Assembly: GCA_963837955.1 (NCBI GenBank)
Contig: CAWIPH010000002.1
Span: 2,912,001-2,976,000 of the forward strand
Length of the DNA: 64,000 nucleotides
DNA from: an uncultured Verrucomicrobiae bacterium
GTDB lineage: Bacteria; Verrucomicrobiota; Verrucomicrobiia; Chthoniobacterales; JAFAMB01
Reading direction: 5' to 3'
Shown here: in pieces, positions 45,774-55,947 of the stretch
Numbering within the stretch: position 1 is the stretch's first letter
Layout: each line of letters begins with the position of its first letter
Translations under genes and position numbers: made by a program
The notes under the pieces: generated by a model
What the model was told of the DNA's origin: nothing
What the model saw: the letters and a program-made list of their open reading frames with translations, nothing else
The model's database searches: none

Positions 45774-46265
45774 CTAGTGCCGTGAGCCTAGCAGGGCACT
45801 GATCTCGCCGGTCAGTTTCGCATCCATTCTCCGACCACGCAGGTATTCGAACTCGTGACGAGCAGTTCCCCCATCCCTGGCTCTGTAAGCAGCTACAAAT
45901 AGCCGCGCATGGGCAAGATCGGAACTCGGAAATGCCAGGACTGCTTTTTCATATTCGCTTTCCGCCTCGCCGAATTTAAGTTTTTGTTCGCTGTTTTGAC
46001 CGCGCTCAAATGCAATCGCCGCCGAAATGGAAGATGGGATTCTGGTAAGCGCAAAAATCAGTAAAAGCACGATGACTGCAGCGGCTAGTTTGATTCCAAT
46101 CGGGATTGGAAGCCGGGCCATTTTGGTTCGACAACTTTCGCAAAGCGGAATTGCGAATACCAGTTCTGGCTCCGCTCCGCACGACTGACACTTCTCTGAT
46201 TCCTCTGGCAAGGGCGGCGATTGACTCGGCACAGCCGCCAATTGATCGTCCGCTCCCGTTTCCAC
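45774..46265 (-). CDS. Hypothetical protein: CxxC-CxxC, TM, TPR-like
   Basis: CQSC...CESC, hydrophobic helix, AESEYEKAVLAFP; 14 bp from the downstream gene. Confidence 0.65.
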   Translation of the reverse strand: METGADDQLAAVPSQSPPLPEESEKCQSCGAEPELVFAIPLCESCRTKMARLPIPIGIKLAAAVIVLLLIFALTRIPSSISAAIAFERGQNSEQKLKFGEAESEYEKAVLAFPSSDLAHARLFVAAYRARDGGTARHEFEYLRGRRMDAKLTGEISALLGSRH

Positions 46266-46321
46266 ATCCGCCTCTTACTTGAAAGCGTGAGGGAGTCAAG
46301 GCAGGAGCCAGAATCGGTTTG

Positions 46322-46618
46322 TCAATTTGCTCCGAGCGATTCTGTCGACGGCCTGGTATCCATCGGTCGGGCGGCGCCGCCGAAGTGTCGATACGCTAAG
46401 GCGAGCGCACAGGCCTGAACGGCAGCCGCAACATAGAACGTCGCACCGGCCCGCCAGTCGGTCGCTGGATAGTGCGCAACAAATGAAAGGAGGGGAGTGC
46501 CAACCAGGGGGGCGATTACGCCCATTAAACTGTTAATGGAGGTCAGCGAGCCCATCGTCACCCCTTGTTCTCGGGGATCGACTGCTTTGGAAATAATTCC
46601 CTGCAATGCCGGGGTGAC
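46322..46618 (-). pseudogene. C-terminal fragment of a TetA-like MFS efflux gene
   Basis: PALQGIISKAVDPREQGVTMGSLTSINSL..VIAPL..WRAGATF; no N-terminal part upstream. Confidence 0.7.
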
Positions 46619-47266
46619 TCTTTCTCTCCCCGTCGGCTCCTGACCTGGACGCCTCTAAACGCTCCCCTAGAGCTGATCACGCAAGGCCGTTAGCTCTGTC
46701 CTGCTGCTCCCCGTGCTAGTCTAAGCTTGTCAAAGCATCGAGTATCTTCTTCGTCTCGTCTTTCGTGATAGGTCTGTTGCCGTTAGCGCTATCAATGATG
46801 TGTTCTAAGGCAAAGCCTGTCTTTGCGGATATCGGTTGAGCATGTAGGAGTATGTCTCGATACCTGCGTTTAAGTTCCGTGTGTAGCATAAAGGACTTTA
46901 CCATCGAATGCTGCACACGCATAGGGTTGGCTGCTAAGCCAGAATCCGTGTCAATATGTCAGTAGTTTTGCATCAGGCTCTCTGGCAAAAACAAACGCCC
47001 GTTCTAGCTAAGGAAAAGCGCCTCAGCCGCGCGTTGACGCGACGGTCCCATCCGACCGCGGATTTATGAAAGGCGCTGTGGCAACCAGTCCACAATTTAG
47101 CCGCAATCGGCAGCTGGAGCCTTCGCTTATGGTTTCCCCAACGAGTCGCCAAGCCAAACCTAGCAATCGTGTTTTGCGGTTTTGCGTTTTGCGTGAGCGC
47201 ATTTAAAAGCTACGCTTCAGCGCGGTATGACGCTCAAAACCCGAGGCTCAAAATCACGGACTGGAT

Positions 47267-48499
47267 ATGGCCGAGGCAGGAACTGAACCACTCGCAGAGC
47301 GTGCAGAACAGGCACTCCTTCCACAAACCACCGTATGGCTGATGGCGATCACGGTGGGTGTGATCGTCGCCAACATTTATTTTGTCCAGCCGTTGCTGGC
47401 GGACATTGCGAACACCTTTGGTTTGTCAGTCACGCGGGCCGGCACCGTTGCCATGCTCAGCCAAGCCGGCACGGCGCTTGGCATGTTTTTATTCGTGCCT
47501 CTGGGAGATAAATACGAGCGCCGCTCGCTGATTCTTCTTCTGGTAATCGGCGGGTTCGTATCGCTGTTGCTGATGGCGACCGCACCGAACGCCCTCTGGC
47601 TCGGCTGCGCCGCCTTTGCGGTTGGCTTTTTTGCCGCCAACGTGCATGTCGTCGTTCCGTTCGCCGCTCATCTCGCTGCTCCCCAACAACGTGGCCGGGT
47701 CGTGGGTACTGTCGTAGCCGGAATTCTTTTTGGCGTTTTACTCGCACGCACATTTAGCGGATCGATCGGGGCTCTGCTTGGATGGCGCGCCGTGTACGGC
47801 ATCGCAGCGGGAGCCATGCTGATTCTCGCCGTGGTCGTCCGCGCAAAACTCCCCGTCAGCCGTCCCGAAGTGGTTCTCTCCTGGCCCGAACTTATGCGCT
47901 CGACGCTCCAACTCGTCCGCCAGCACGCCGTCCTCCGCGAATCCGCGTTGCTGGGCGCGATGTTCTTCGCGGCATTCTCCGCCTTCTGGACCACGCTGGT
48001 CTTTTTTCTCGGCGGAACGTCTTACCACTACGCCAACGCCAGCGCCATTACTGGCTTCTTCGGCCTGATCGGCGCCGTCGGGGCCGTAGGAGCGCCGACG
48101 GTCGGTCACCTTGCCGATAAACACGGCCCGCGTTTCACCATCCGGGTCGCGCTCTGGCTATCCCTGTTCTCATTCCTTTTCTTGGGCTTTGCGGGCAAAC
48201 ACCTCGCCGGCCTGATTGTTGGAGTCATTCTGATGGATTTGGGCGTGCAGAGCGGTCACGTTTCCAACCAGACCCGCATCTACAGCATCGACCCGAGCGC
48301 CCGGAGTCGGCTCAACATGGTTTACATGTTCTGTTACTTCATTGGCGGCGCGCTTGGCTCCTACCTGGGCGCGTTGTGCTGGCACGTTGCAGGCTGGTGG
48401 GGTGTTTGTGGCTTCGGCGCAACGGCCCTCTTGCTCGGTATCGCCGCCGAATTCATCTACGGACGCAGAGCGGTAGTACCCCGGGACCAGCAAAAGTAA
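47267..48499 (+). CDS. MFS transporter
   Basis: ANIYFVQPLL, PLGDKYERR, RGRVVG, FSAFWTTL, SNQTRI, ARSRLN. Confidence 0.93.
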   Translation: MAEAGTEPLAERAEQALLPQTTVWLMAITVGVIVANIYFVQPLLADIANTFGLSVTRAGTVAMLSQAGTALGMFLFVPLGDKYERRSLILLLVIGGFVSLLLMATAPNALWLGCAAFAVGFFAANVHVVVPFAAHLAAPQQRGRVVGTVVAGILFGVLLARTFSGSIGALLGWRAVYGIAAGAMLILAVVVRAKLPVSRPEVVLSWPELMRSTLQLVRQHAVLRESALLGAMFFAAFSAFWTTLVFFLGGTSYHYANASAITGFFGLIGAVGAVGAPTVGHLADKHGPRFTIRVALWLSLFSFLFLGFAGKHLAGLIVGVILMDLGVQSGHVSNQTRIYSIDPSARSRLNMVYMFCYFIGGALGSYLGALCWHVAGWWGVCGFGATALLLGIAAEFIYGRRAVVPRDQQK

Positions 48500-48510
48500 A
48501 ACCCCGGGTG

Positions 48511-48566
48511 GGGAGGGATCGCAGCCTGTCGATCCGCGGCGCACGAGGACGTGCGCCCTCCCCCCT
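48511..48566. repeat. REP-like palindromic element after the MFS gene
   Basis: GGGAGGG...GCGCACGAGGACGTGCGCCCTCCC, nested inverted repeats. Confidence 0.45.
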
Positions 48567-48735
48567 CCGGCGTACCAAATCGATTGAGAATTGCACACCG
48601 CTTCTTACGGTTGCCCGGAATTCGGAATCCAGGGCTTAGACGATTACGATATTGCATTCCGGCAGGCTTCGGAGCGCCCGCATGATTTTTTTAGGCAATC
48701 GTTGCTGAGCTAGATGGTTCGCGCTAAGAACGGCG

Positions 48736-50631
48736 ATGGGCGCGTCCGGATATACTCGAAAATTCATTCTCTTCGTCATCGTTTTTCTCCCTCTCTCATT
48801 GCGAGGAGAAAATCCGCGACTAGCCGGTCCGATGGCTTTGACCGTCGATGCCACCGAGATCAGCCGCCAGCTCTTGCACGCGCAACTTTCGTTACCGGTC
48901 AATTCCGGTCCGCTGACGCTCGCTTATCCCCAATGGATTCCAGGCGAACATGCTCCAACTGGACCAATCGATAGCCTGGTCGGCCTAAAGCTTTCGGTCG
49001 ATGGACAACCCCTCGCTTGGCGCCGGGATCTCGTCGAACTTTATCTGATCCATTGTGAGATTCCTGCGGGCGTTTCGCGGCTCGACATTTCACTCGATTA
49101 TGTGATCCCCGCGGATGCCGAAGGTTTTTCAGAGGGCCGTTCTTCGACCGCCCTCCTTGGTCTCATCAACTGGAACCAGGTTCTTCTGTACCCAACGGGG
49201 TTCAATACAGATGACATTGTGGTTGAAGCCGGGCTCCGCCTCCCGGACGGATGGCAGTTTGGAACCGCTCTGACCGTCGCTGAGCGTACACCCGCGGTTC
49301 GTTTTCAGCCGGTATCGCTCACGACGCTCGTCGATTCCCCGGTGGTTACTGGTAAGTTCTATCGAAACATCAAGCTCGCAGAGTCGACGCCAACGAACGA
49401 GATGGACATCGTCGCGGATAGCTCCGGTGCCCTGGAGTTGCCTGAAGAAAAGATTGCTCAATACCGGAGACTGGTGACCGAGGCCGCAGCATTATTCGGA
49501 GCTACCCACTATTTGCACTACCACTTCCTCGTTGCGCTCGCCGAAACCATTTATCACGACGGAATCGAGCATCATGAATCGAGTCTCAATACGGTGACGG
49601 AGAAGGCGTTCACGGACAAAGACCTGCTGGCGACCGAGTCCGACTTGTTGCCGCACGAATTTGTTCATTCCTGGAACGGGAAATATCGCCGGCCGGCCAG
49701 CCTCACTACGCCCGATTTTCAAAAACCGATGCTCGATGACATGCTCTGGGTTTATGAGGGTCTCACTGAGTATCTGGGAAGTTGCTTACTAACAGCGCGG
49801 TCCGGCCTGCGGAACGGGGAACTGAGTCGCGAGTGGCTGGCCGAGGAGGCGGCCGAACTCGAGCACAGAAGCGGACGGACGTGGCGCTCTCTTCAGGACA
49901 CAGCGGATTTTGCTTCGCGGCTCTACGATACGCCTCATGAGTGGGCGGATCGCAGAAGGGAAGTTGATTTTTACCCTGAAGGGGTTCTTCTCTGGCTGGA
50001 GGCTGACACAATCATCCGCCAGCGAACCAACAGCGGAAAATCGCTCGACGATTTCTGCCATCTTTTTCACGGTGGAAAGAGCGGGGCGCCGAGCGTCAAG
50101 ACATACACATTTGAAGAAGTGACAGACGACCTAAATCAAGTCTGCCCTTTCGATTGGCGATCGTTCTGGTTGCAGCACCTCAATTCGCTTTCGCCGCGGG
50201 CCCCTCTATCTGGCATCGAGGCAGGCGGTTGGAAACTGATTTACACAGACCAACCAAACGAAGTAGTTAAGAACCGAGACAAACGCGAAAAACAACTCGA
50301 CCAGCGCTACTCGATCGGTCTCATCCTCAAGGAAGATGGCACGATTGTCGACGTGCTCGCGGGCACGGCCGCGGACGCGGCGAAGTTAGCACCTGCCATG
50401 AAAATCGTGGCAGTAAATTCGCGAACATATACACCGGAAAAATTGGAAGACGCCATTAGAGCGAGCGCCCAGTCCCGAGGAGTCGATCTCCTAGTGAATA
50501 GCTCCGACTATTATGAGACTTTGCATTTAGACTATACCCAGGGACTACGATACCCCCACCTCGAGCGCGACTCCGCGAAACCAGACTTGCTGTCAGAAAT
50601 TCTCAAACCGCACGCCGCGATAGCAAAGTAG
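48736..50631 (+). CDS. M61 glycyl aminopeptidase with C-terminal PDZ domain
   Basis: Signal peptide, YPQWIPGEH, LVDSP, GIEHHES, HEFVHSWNGK, LWVYEGLT, KIVAVN. Confidence 0.93.
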   Translation: MGASGYTRKFILFVIVFLPLSLRGENPRLAGPMALTVDATEISRQLLHAQLSLPVNSGPLTLAYPQWIPGEHAPTGPIDSLVGLKLSVDGQPLAWRRDLVELYLIHCEIPAGVSRLDISLDYVIPADAEGFSEGRSSTALLGLINWNQVLLYPTGFNTDDIVVEAGLRLPDGWQFGTALTVAERTPAVRFQPVSLTTLVDSPVVTGKFYRNIKLAESTPTNEMDIVADSSGALELPEEKIAQYRRLVTEAAALFGATHYLHYHFLVALAETIYHDGIEHHESSLNTVTEKAFTDKDLLATESDLLPHEFVHSWNGKYRRPASLTTPDFQKPMLDDMLWVYEGLTEYLGSCLLTARSGLRNGELSREWLAEEAAELEHRSGRTWRSLQDTADFASRLYDTPHEWADRRREVDFYPEGVLLWLEADTIIRQRTNSGKSLDDFCHLFHGGKSGAPSVKTYTFEEVTDDLNQVCPFDWRSFWLQHLNSLSPRAPLSGIEAGGWKLIYTDQPNEVVKNRDKREKQLDQRYSIGLILKEDGTIVDVLAGTAADAAKLAPAMKIVAVNSRTYTPEKLEDAIRASAQSRGVDLLVNSSDYYETLHLDYTQGLRYPHLERDSAKPDLLSEILKPHAAIAK

Positions 50632-50696
50632 CCTGATCCTTCTGGCTCAGGAATCCAGGGCTACGAAGAATGTGAGAGGTGAGAGTGATTGGTGGA
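50628..50696 (+). repeat. GTAG-type REP-like element; its TAG is the peptidase stop codon
   Basis: GTAGCCTGATCCTTCTGGCTCAGGAATCCAGGGCT...GTGATTGGTGGA matches 4932-5000. Confidence 0.65.
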
Positions 50697-51021
50697 AAGC
50701 CCAGGGTCGGTAGGGCGAAAACCCGACTCCGCAAAGCCTACGTCGCGGCTGACTCTGTGGTATTCGTCAAACGCTTGGCCAGGGCGCGCCAAAGCGCAGC
50801 GGCGGCGGCCTCGGCGCGAAAAAAGACGTCGCAGATCTGTGATCGGGTTCGCGCTGGGTTTGAGCCGCGCGCGTTCTCATCCGTGTTACACTTTTTTACC
50901 CCGTGTGTTCTTCAGCGGCGGAACTGGTGGGCCAAGCGATGCCGGTGAGGAAAACACAAACGGCTCAAGCCGGCGCGGCTGATACCGCCCCAGGCTTTCG
51001 CCCTACCGATCGTGGGCTTTC
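50695..51021. mobile_element. MITE-like or foldback element with 26-bp terminal inverted repeats
   Basis: GAAAGCCCAGGGTCGGTAGGGCGAAA (50695-50720) vs TTTCGCCCTACCGATCGTGGGCTTTC (50996-51021), 24/26 complementary; no credible ORF. Confidence 0.5.
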
Positions 51022-51175
51022 GCGCCTCAAAGGTTTATTCATGCAAAACGCAGCTTCGGAGCCTGTTTCGCGCGAAGGGGAGCGGGCACACGCGTCTGAA
51101 AGTTGTAACGATTTCTGTCTCGAACCCAGCGGTTATCTAATGTAAGGGCAAATTTGTCAGGAGCGCGAGCAAACC

Positions 51176-51535
51176 ATGAAGCTACCCAACATTTTTGAAA
51201 AGGAAGTAACCCCGTTGTCGTTCCCTGCTGGAACTGTGATTTTTGCGGAGGGCCAAAAGCGAGACTCCATGTACGTCGTTCAGTCTGGGCAAGTAGAACT
51301 CAAAGTCGCCGGCCGAACCGTTGAAATTCTCGGGGTAGACGGATTTTTTGGCGAAATGGCCTTGATCGACCAAGCAGCCCGGAGCGCTACGGCAATTGCT
51401 AAGACCGATTGCTCGGTGATTCCCATCAACGAAAAGAGTTTTCTATTTATGGTCGAAGAAACACCGTTCTTCGCTTTGACCGTTATGCGCACGCTAACCG
51501 GACGCTTACGTCGCAACGAAGAAATCGTCCGCTGA
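51176..51535 (+). CDS. Stand-alone cyclic nucleotide-binding (Crp-type) domain protein
   Basis: VIFAEG...MYVVQSG.V...FFGEMALID.AARSATA; no HTH. Confidence 0.9.
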   Translation: MKLPNIFEKEVTPLSFPAGTVIFAEGQKRDSMYVVQSGQVELKVAGRTVEILGVDGFFGEMALIDQAARSATAIAKTDCSVIPINEKSFLFMVEETPFFALTVMRTLTGRLRRNEEIVR

Positions 51536-51544
51536 ACAAGCCGA

Positions 51545-51862
51545 TTACCCCCGCCGAAAACGCGATTCCGCCTGGCGCTGCTCAACCTCTTCCAGCAGAC
51601 GTACGATCACCTTGATCCCCGGAAGATTCACTCCGAAATTGGTGCGTAACTGCTCTATCCGGCGCAGCATTCGAACCGCTTCCTCATCGAAGAACAAGCC
51701 CCCACCCGGCTCTACCACTGGCGAGACCAAGCGATGTCTCACATAGATCGCGATCGTCCGCCGAGGAATCTGGGTAAGTCGCTCCGTGATTTCAATGCTG
51801 TAAATGGTTTCAGGGTCGGGCTCAAAAACCTGAATTGCCTGATTTTTAGATGACTTCGCCAT
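51545..51862 (-). CDS. cbpM: Chaperone modulator CbpM-like (MerR-type HTH) protein
   Basis: LRRIEQLRTNFGVNLPGIKVI; directly downstream of a DnaJ-class gene. Confidence 0.7.
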   Translation of the reverse strand: MAKSSKNQAIQVFEPDPETIYSIEITERLTQIPRRTIAIYVRHRLVSPVVEPGGGLFFDEEAVRMLRRIEQLRTNFGVNLPGIKVIVRLLEEVEQRQAESRFRRG

Positions 51863-51865
51863 GGG

Positions 51866-52840
51866 TTAGTCCTCTTTTCTCGGGTCAAACGACGACACGC
51901 TGCGAAGCTCTTCCCAAAGCCGTCGTTCTTTGTCACTTACCTTCTTTGGTACTCGGATAGTAACCACCAAATAAAGATCACCACGTTCTCCTTTCGGGCC
52001 CTGGGGCAGGCCGCGTCCCCGTAATCGGACTTTTTCGCCGCTATCAATACCAGGCGGAATCTTACCGTTTAGCTTACCATCCAGCGAAGGAATCGAAACG
52101 GTGGTTCCCAGCACGGCCTCCCAAGGAGCTAAGTCCAGATCATAATAGAGGTCTGCCCCATTCGCGCGAAAATAAGGGTGAGCGGCGAAATGTACGCGCA
52201 GGTAAAGATCCCCGGCAGGCCCACCTCCAAAACCTTCGCCCCCGTGGCCAGGCACACGTATTGTGCGACCGTCTTGGACTCCAGGTGGAATCCGCACTTT
52301 GAACGACTGGGTCACCGTTTCTCCCGTTTGCGGATCAATTCGCTGAAGGGATATGGGCCGGATCGCGCCTCGCATTACCTCTTCTAAAGTCACCAAGATA
52401 TCTCCTTCGATATCAAAGCCGCGGGCAGACCGCTCCTCGCGAGCGGTCCTGCCTTCACTCGATCGAGGCGAAGTTCCGAACCGGGAACGGCGGCCGAAAA
52501 GTTCCTCGAAGAAATCGCTGAAGCCGGTCCCGTCAAAATGAAACTCTACGTTCGGTTCTCCATCGGGTCCCCCACCAAATCCCTGGCCTGCTCCCGGAGC
52601 AGCGGCAGTTTGCTGCCAATCCATTCCCAGACGATCATATTTTTGGCGATTAGCAGAATCACCCAAGACTTCATACGCCTCGTTGATCTCTTTGAATTTT
52701 TCTTCCGCGCCTTTCTTATCCTTCGCAACGTCGGGATGATATTTGCGCGCTAACTTGCGAAAGGCCTTTTTGATATCTTCTTCGGAGGCCTGCTTGGGAA
52801 CACCCAAAATCTGATAATAATCTTTGAATTGGGTTGGCAT
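51866..52840 (-). CDS. cbpA: DnaJ-class chaperone without zinc finger (CbpA type)
   Basis: J domain with HPD, FSDFF, DnaJ-C domain with APWEAVLG, no CxxCxGxG. Confidence 0.88.
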   Translation of the reverse strand: MPTQFKDYYQILGVPKQASEEDIKKAFRKLARKYHPDVAKDKKGAEEKFKEINEAYEVLGDSANRQKYDRLGMDWQQTAAAPGAGQGFGGGPDGEPNVEFHFDGTGFSDFFEELFGRRSRFGTSPRSSEGRTAREERSARGFDIEGDILVTLEEVMRGAIRPISLQRIDPQTGETVTQSFKVRIPPGVQDGRTIRVPGHGGEGFGGGPAGDLYLRVHFAAHPYFRANGADLYYDLDLAPWEAVLGTTVSIPSLDGKLNGKIPPGIDSGEKVRLRGRGLPQGPKGERGDLYLVVTIRVPKKVSDKERRLWEELRSVSSFDPRKED

Positions 52841-52875
52841 TGACCATTTCTTCTATTGAGCCAAGGTGAAACAGC

Positions 52876-53091
52876 ATGGACCGAACGGCAAATAGTCAAT
52901 TCAAAACGCTGCGTGCTTCTTCGCTTTATTGTCCCAAATGCCGATCCGCTCAGCCGGTGTACGAAAAACTGCTCTTGATCCTGCCCGATCGCGAGCTCTA
53001 CGACTATCTCTGCCGGCGTTGCGCTAGTTCGGTGGGCTCCCGAGAAGTTCGAGCCGCGGATGCACGGGGTACGAATCTCATTGTTCCGTGA
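52876..53091 (+). CDS. Small zinc-ribbon protein
   Basis: LYCPKC...LLLILPD.ELYDYLCRRC. Confidence 0.7.
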   Translation: MDRTANSQFKTLRASSLYCPKCRSAQPVYEKLLLILPDRELYDYLCRRCASSVGSREVRAADARGTNLIVP

Positions 53092-53432
53092 GCGCTTGGT
53101 GACTCCACGCGGGCGCCCACCCCGACCGGAGGATATAATTACTCGGTCGAGCGATACTGTTATAAGGCGTAGGAACCCAACGTCTTAGCAACTCACAGCC
53201 GCCGGAGGCCGGGAGAACCCGGCTTGGATTAGGCCTGTTGCCTGCCGTTCCCGTATTCTGCTTTCCGCCCCTCGACTCGACAAATTCGCATACGTCTTCG
53301 CTTGGTTTGCGGCTATTCGCAGCGCCGAACGCAATCGTAGTCGATCCTGATATGGGTATTGGGATAGACCCTGATATACGGGGTGATAAAATTCAGTTAT
53401 TCTCGACGGCGAAATCGTTAACGAAAGGATAC

Positions 53433-54326
53433 ATGAAGCTCGCGTGGTCGATTTTGGGTTTTGTCTGCCTCGGAGAAGTGGCGTTCGCCGGAGGCAATAC
53501 ATTGCTGCAACCCTCACCCTCTCCCGCCGCGCAGAATTTGGGAGCACCATGGTCGTTTGACCTGAATAGCACTTACACCTTCGGTAGCCGGATCCAAAAG
53601 GCTGCTAATCTGGGCTCCCAAGCGGAATACCGATACGAGTTTCAGGCCTTACGCAACTTCCGGATCACGGGAGACTACTATCTGCAGCTCGGTGTCGACT
53701 ACGAACGATTCGATTTCTCGCGCTCTAACTCCACCTTTCCCTCTTCCTTTACCTCCCTTTCCGGCGAGATTTTGCTCTCCTATTGGTCCGGAGACAGTTT
53801 TTATCCAGTCGTCCGACTAGAGCCCGGCATCTACTACACGCGCGATCATGTGACCGGAAACTCCTTCGACGTCCCGATTCGCATTACTCCGGGATTCAAG
53901 CTAAGCGAAAATTTATACGTCATCTTCGGCTGCAGCATCGACGCGTATTCAAACCCGATTGTCTTTCCGATCGGCGGCTTCAATTGGAAAATTAACGATC
54001 AATTTAACTTTCGGGCGGTGTTCCCGCGACCTCGTTTGAGCTACTCGCCAAATGACAGGCTCGAAATTTATGTAGGCGGAGAACTTCTCGGCAACAGTTA
54101 CCGCAATGGCCCGACAAATGATCGCCGTACAAACAATGCCATTTTGGAGTACGACGAAGAACGTGCTGGACTCGGCGTCAGCTATAATCTGCGGAAGGGC
54201 ATCGATTTGGAAGCCATTGCGGGCTGGACGTTTCAGCGGACTTACGACTACATCCGCTCAGGTCCTGTTTACAAAAGCAAAGGCGCACCCTATCTGCGAC
54301 TAGATCTTAAAATTGATCTGTTCTGA
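53433..54326 (+). CDS. Outer-membrane beta-barrel protein, copy 1 (297 aa)
   Basis: AAGGA RBS, signal peptide ending AFA, alternating beta strands, terminal Phe. Confidence 0.82.
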   Translation: MKLAWSILGFVCLGEVAFAGGNTLLQPSPSPAAQNLGAPWSFDLNSTYTFGSRIQKAANLGSQAEYRYEFQALRNFRITGDYYLQLGVDYERFDFSRSNSTFPSSFTSLSGEILLSYWSGDSFYPVVRLEPGIYYTRDHVTGNSFDVPIRITPGFKLSENLYVIFGCSIDAYSNPIVFPIGGFNWKINDQFNFRAVFPRPRLSYSPNDRLEIYVGGELLGNSYRNGPTNDRRTNNAILEYDEERAGLGVSYNLRKGIDLEAIAGWTFQRTYDYIRSGPVYKSKGAPYLRLDLKIDLF

Positions 54327-54608
54327 TGGCGCCCGACAGGGGGCAATAGCAGCGGCAGGGACGAATTACTCTCGCCAACGGTGCACTGGCCGGGCGAAAA
54401 CCAGAGACATGCTTCCGGCTCCGACTCCACACCGTCCGAAAGATGCCCGAACGTCGGTCCAGATCGAAAATCGGCGTTGTGTCTTCCGTCGAAAGCGCTT
54501 GATTGAGGCGAGTCGAGCGCAAAATCGATCCGAGCCGAACCTGATGTACGTCTCAATGAAATTACTATCGCGTTCGATCGCGCATCTTTTGAGTCAAAAA
54601 GAAAAGGC

Positions 54609-55502
54609 ATGAAATCCGCATGGTGCATCTTAGGCTTTCTCTGCCTTGGAGAGATCGCGTTTGCCGGAGGCAACATGCTGGTGCAACCCTCGCCTACGCC
54701 GAACTTGGAAAACTTGGGAGCACCATGGTCATTCGACCTGAATAGCACTTACACCTTCGGCAGCCGCATCCAAAAAGCCGCCAATCTAGGCTCCCAAGCG
54801 GAATACCGATACGAACTTCAAGTGTTACGCAACTTCCGGATCTCCGGAGACTACTATCTGCAGCTCGGCGCCGATTACGAGCGGTTCGATTTCTCGCGCG
54901 CGAACTCGATCTTTCCCTACTCATTTACGTCCCTCTCCGGCGAAATTTTGTTCTCCTATTGGTCAGGGGACAGTTTTTATCCAGTGATCGAACTGGAGCC
55001 TGGCATTTACTACACGCGCGATCATGTCACCCGAAACTCCTTCGATTTCCCAATTCGCCTTACCCCTGGATTTAAGCTCGCGGAAAATCTGTACGTCATC
55101 TTTGGCTGCAGCATCGATGTGTATTCGAACCCGATCATCTTTCCGATCGGCGGCTTCAATTGGAAAATAAATGATCTGTTTAACTTTCGGGCGGTGTTTC
55201 CTCGACCGCGTTTGAGTTTTACGCCGAATGACAAACTTGAAATCTACCTGGGCGGAGAACTCATAGGTGATAGCTACCGCAACGGTCCAACCAACGATCG
55301 CCGAACCAACAACGCCATTATCGAGTACGAAGAAGAGCGTGCCGGACTGGGTGTAAGCTACACGTTGCGAAAGGGCATCGATTTGGAGGCCATTGCGGGC
55401 TGGACGTTTGAGCGGACCTACGACTACATCCGCGCCGGCCCAATTTACCGCAGCAAGGGTGCACCCTATCTCAGGGTCGATCTGAGTATTGATCTGTTTT
55501 GA
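54609..55502 (+). CDS. Outer-membrane beta-barrel protein, copy 2 (297 aa)
   Basis: Colinear paralog of 53433..54326 (about 42 differences in 297 aa by manual count). Confidence 0.85.
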   Translation: MKSAWCILGFLCLGEIAFAGGNMLVQPSPTPNLENLGAPWSFDLNSTYTFGSRIQKAANLGSQAEYRYELQVLRNFRISGDYYLQLGADYERFDFSRANSIFPYSFTSLSGEILFSYWSGDSFYPVIELEPGIYYTRDHVTRNSFDFPIRLTPGFKLAENLYVIFGCSIDVYSNPIIFPIGGFNWKINDLFNFRAVFPRPRLSFTPNDKLEIYLGGELIGDSYRNGPTNDRRTNNAIIEYEEERAGLGVSYTLRKGIDLEAIAGWTFERTYDYIRAGPIYRSKGAPYLRVDLSIDLF

Positions 55503-55562
55503 AATCGCTGCTGTTCCGCTGGCTTTCCGGCTAACGAGCTGGTAATTCTAGATAGCAGGCAA

Positions 55563-55904
55563 ATGCGTGGACAGCATGACCGGGCATATCCCCTTGTTTG
55601 CGTGCTCTTGATTTACTCCGCTCCAATGATTCGCGCCGAGGATCCATCGACACCTCTCAAATTTTCCGGCGGCGACGGCTCGTCATTAGAGAAAGCCGTC
55701 GTGATTCTCGGCGCGACCGACGAAAGCGCAGGGGTGGGAGCGGAACACACTTACCTCTCTCTGCATTTTCCGGGTTCCGCCATCATAAAACAGGCTCTGC
55801 TACACCAGGAGGGAAAGGCCTATGATCGCGTGGAAATTAGAACTTCGGTCAATACTCCGGCCATCGTCTATTTCGATATCACCGATTTTTTGGGTAGATT
55901 CTAG
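55563..55904 (+). CDS. Conserved hypothetical exported protein
   Basis: Signal-like N-terminus; GGDGSSLEKAVVI...YFDIT motif. Confidence 0.65.
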   Translation: MRGQHDRAYPLVCVLLIYSAPMIRAEDPSTPLKFSGGDGSSLEKAVVILGATDESAGVGAEHTYLSLHFPGSAIIKQALLHQEGKAYDRVEIRTSVNTPAIVYFDITDFLGRF

Positions 55905-55947
55905 CCCTCTATCCGGGCTTGATGATCGCTTGGCTGTCCGATTGGCA

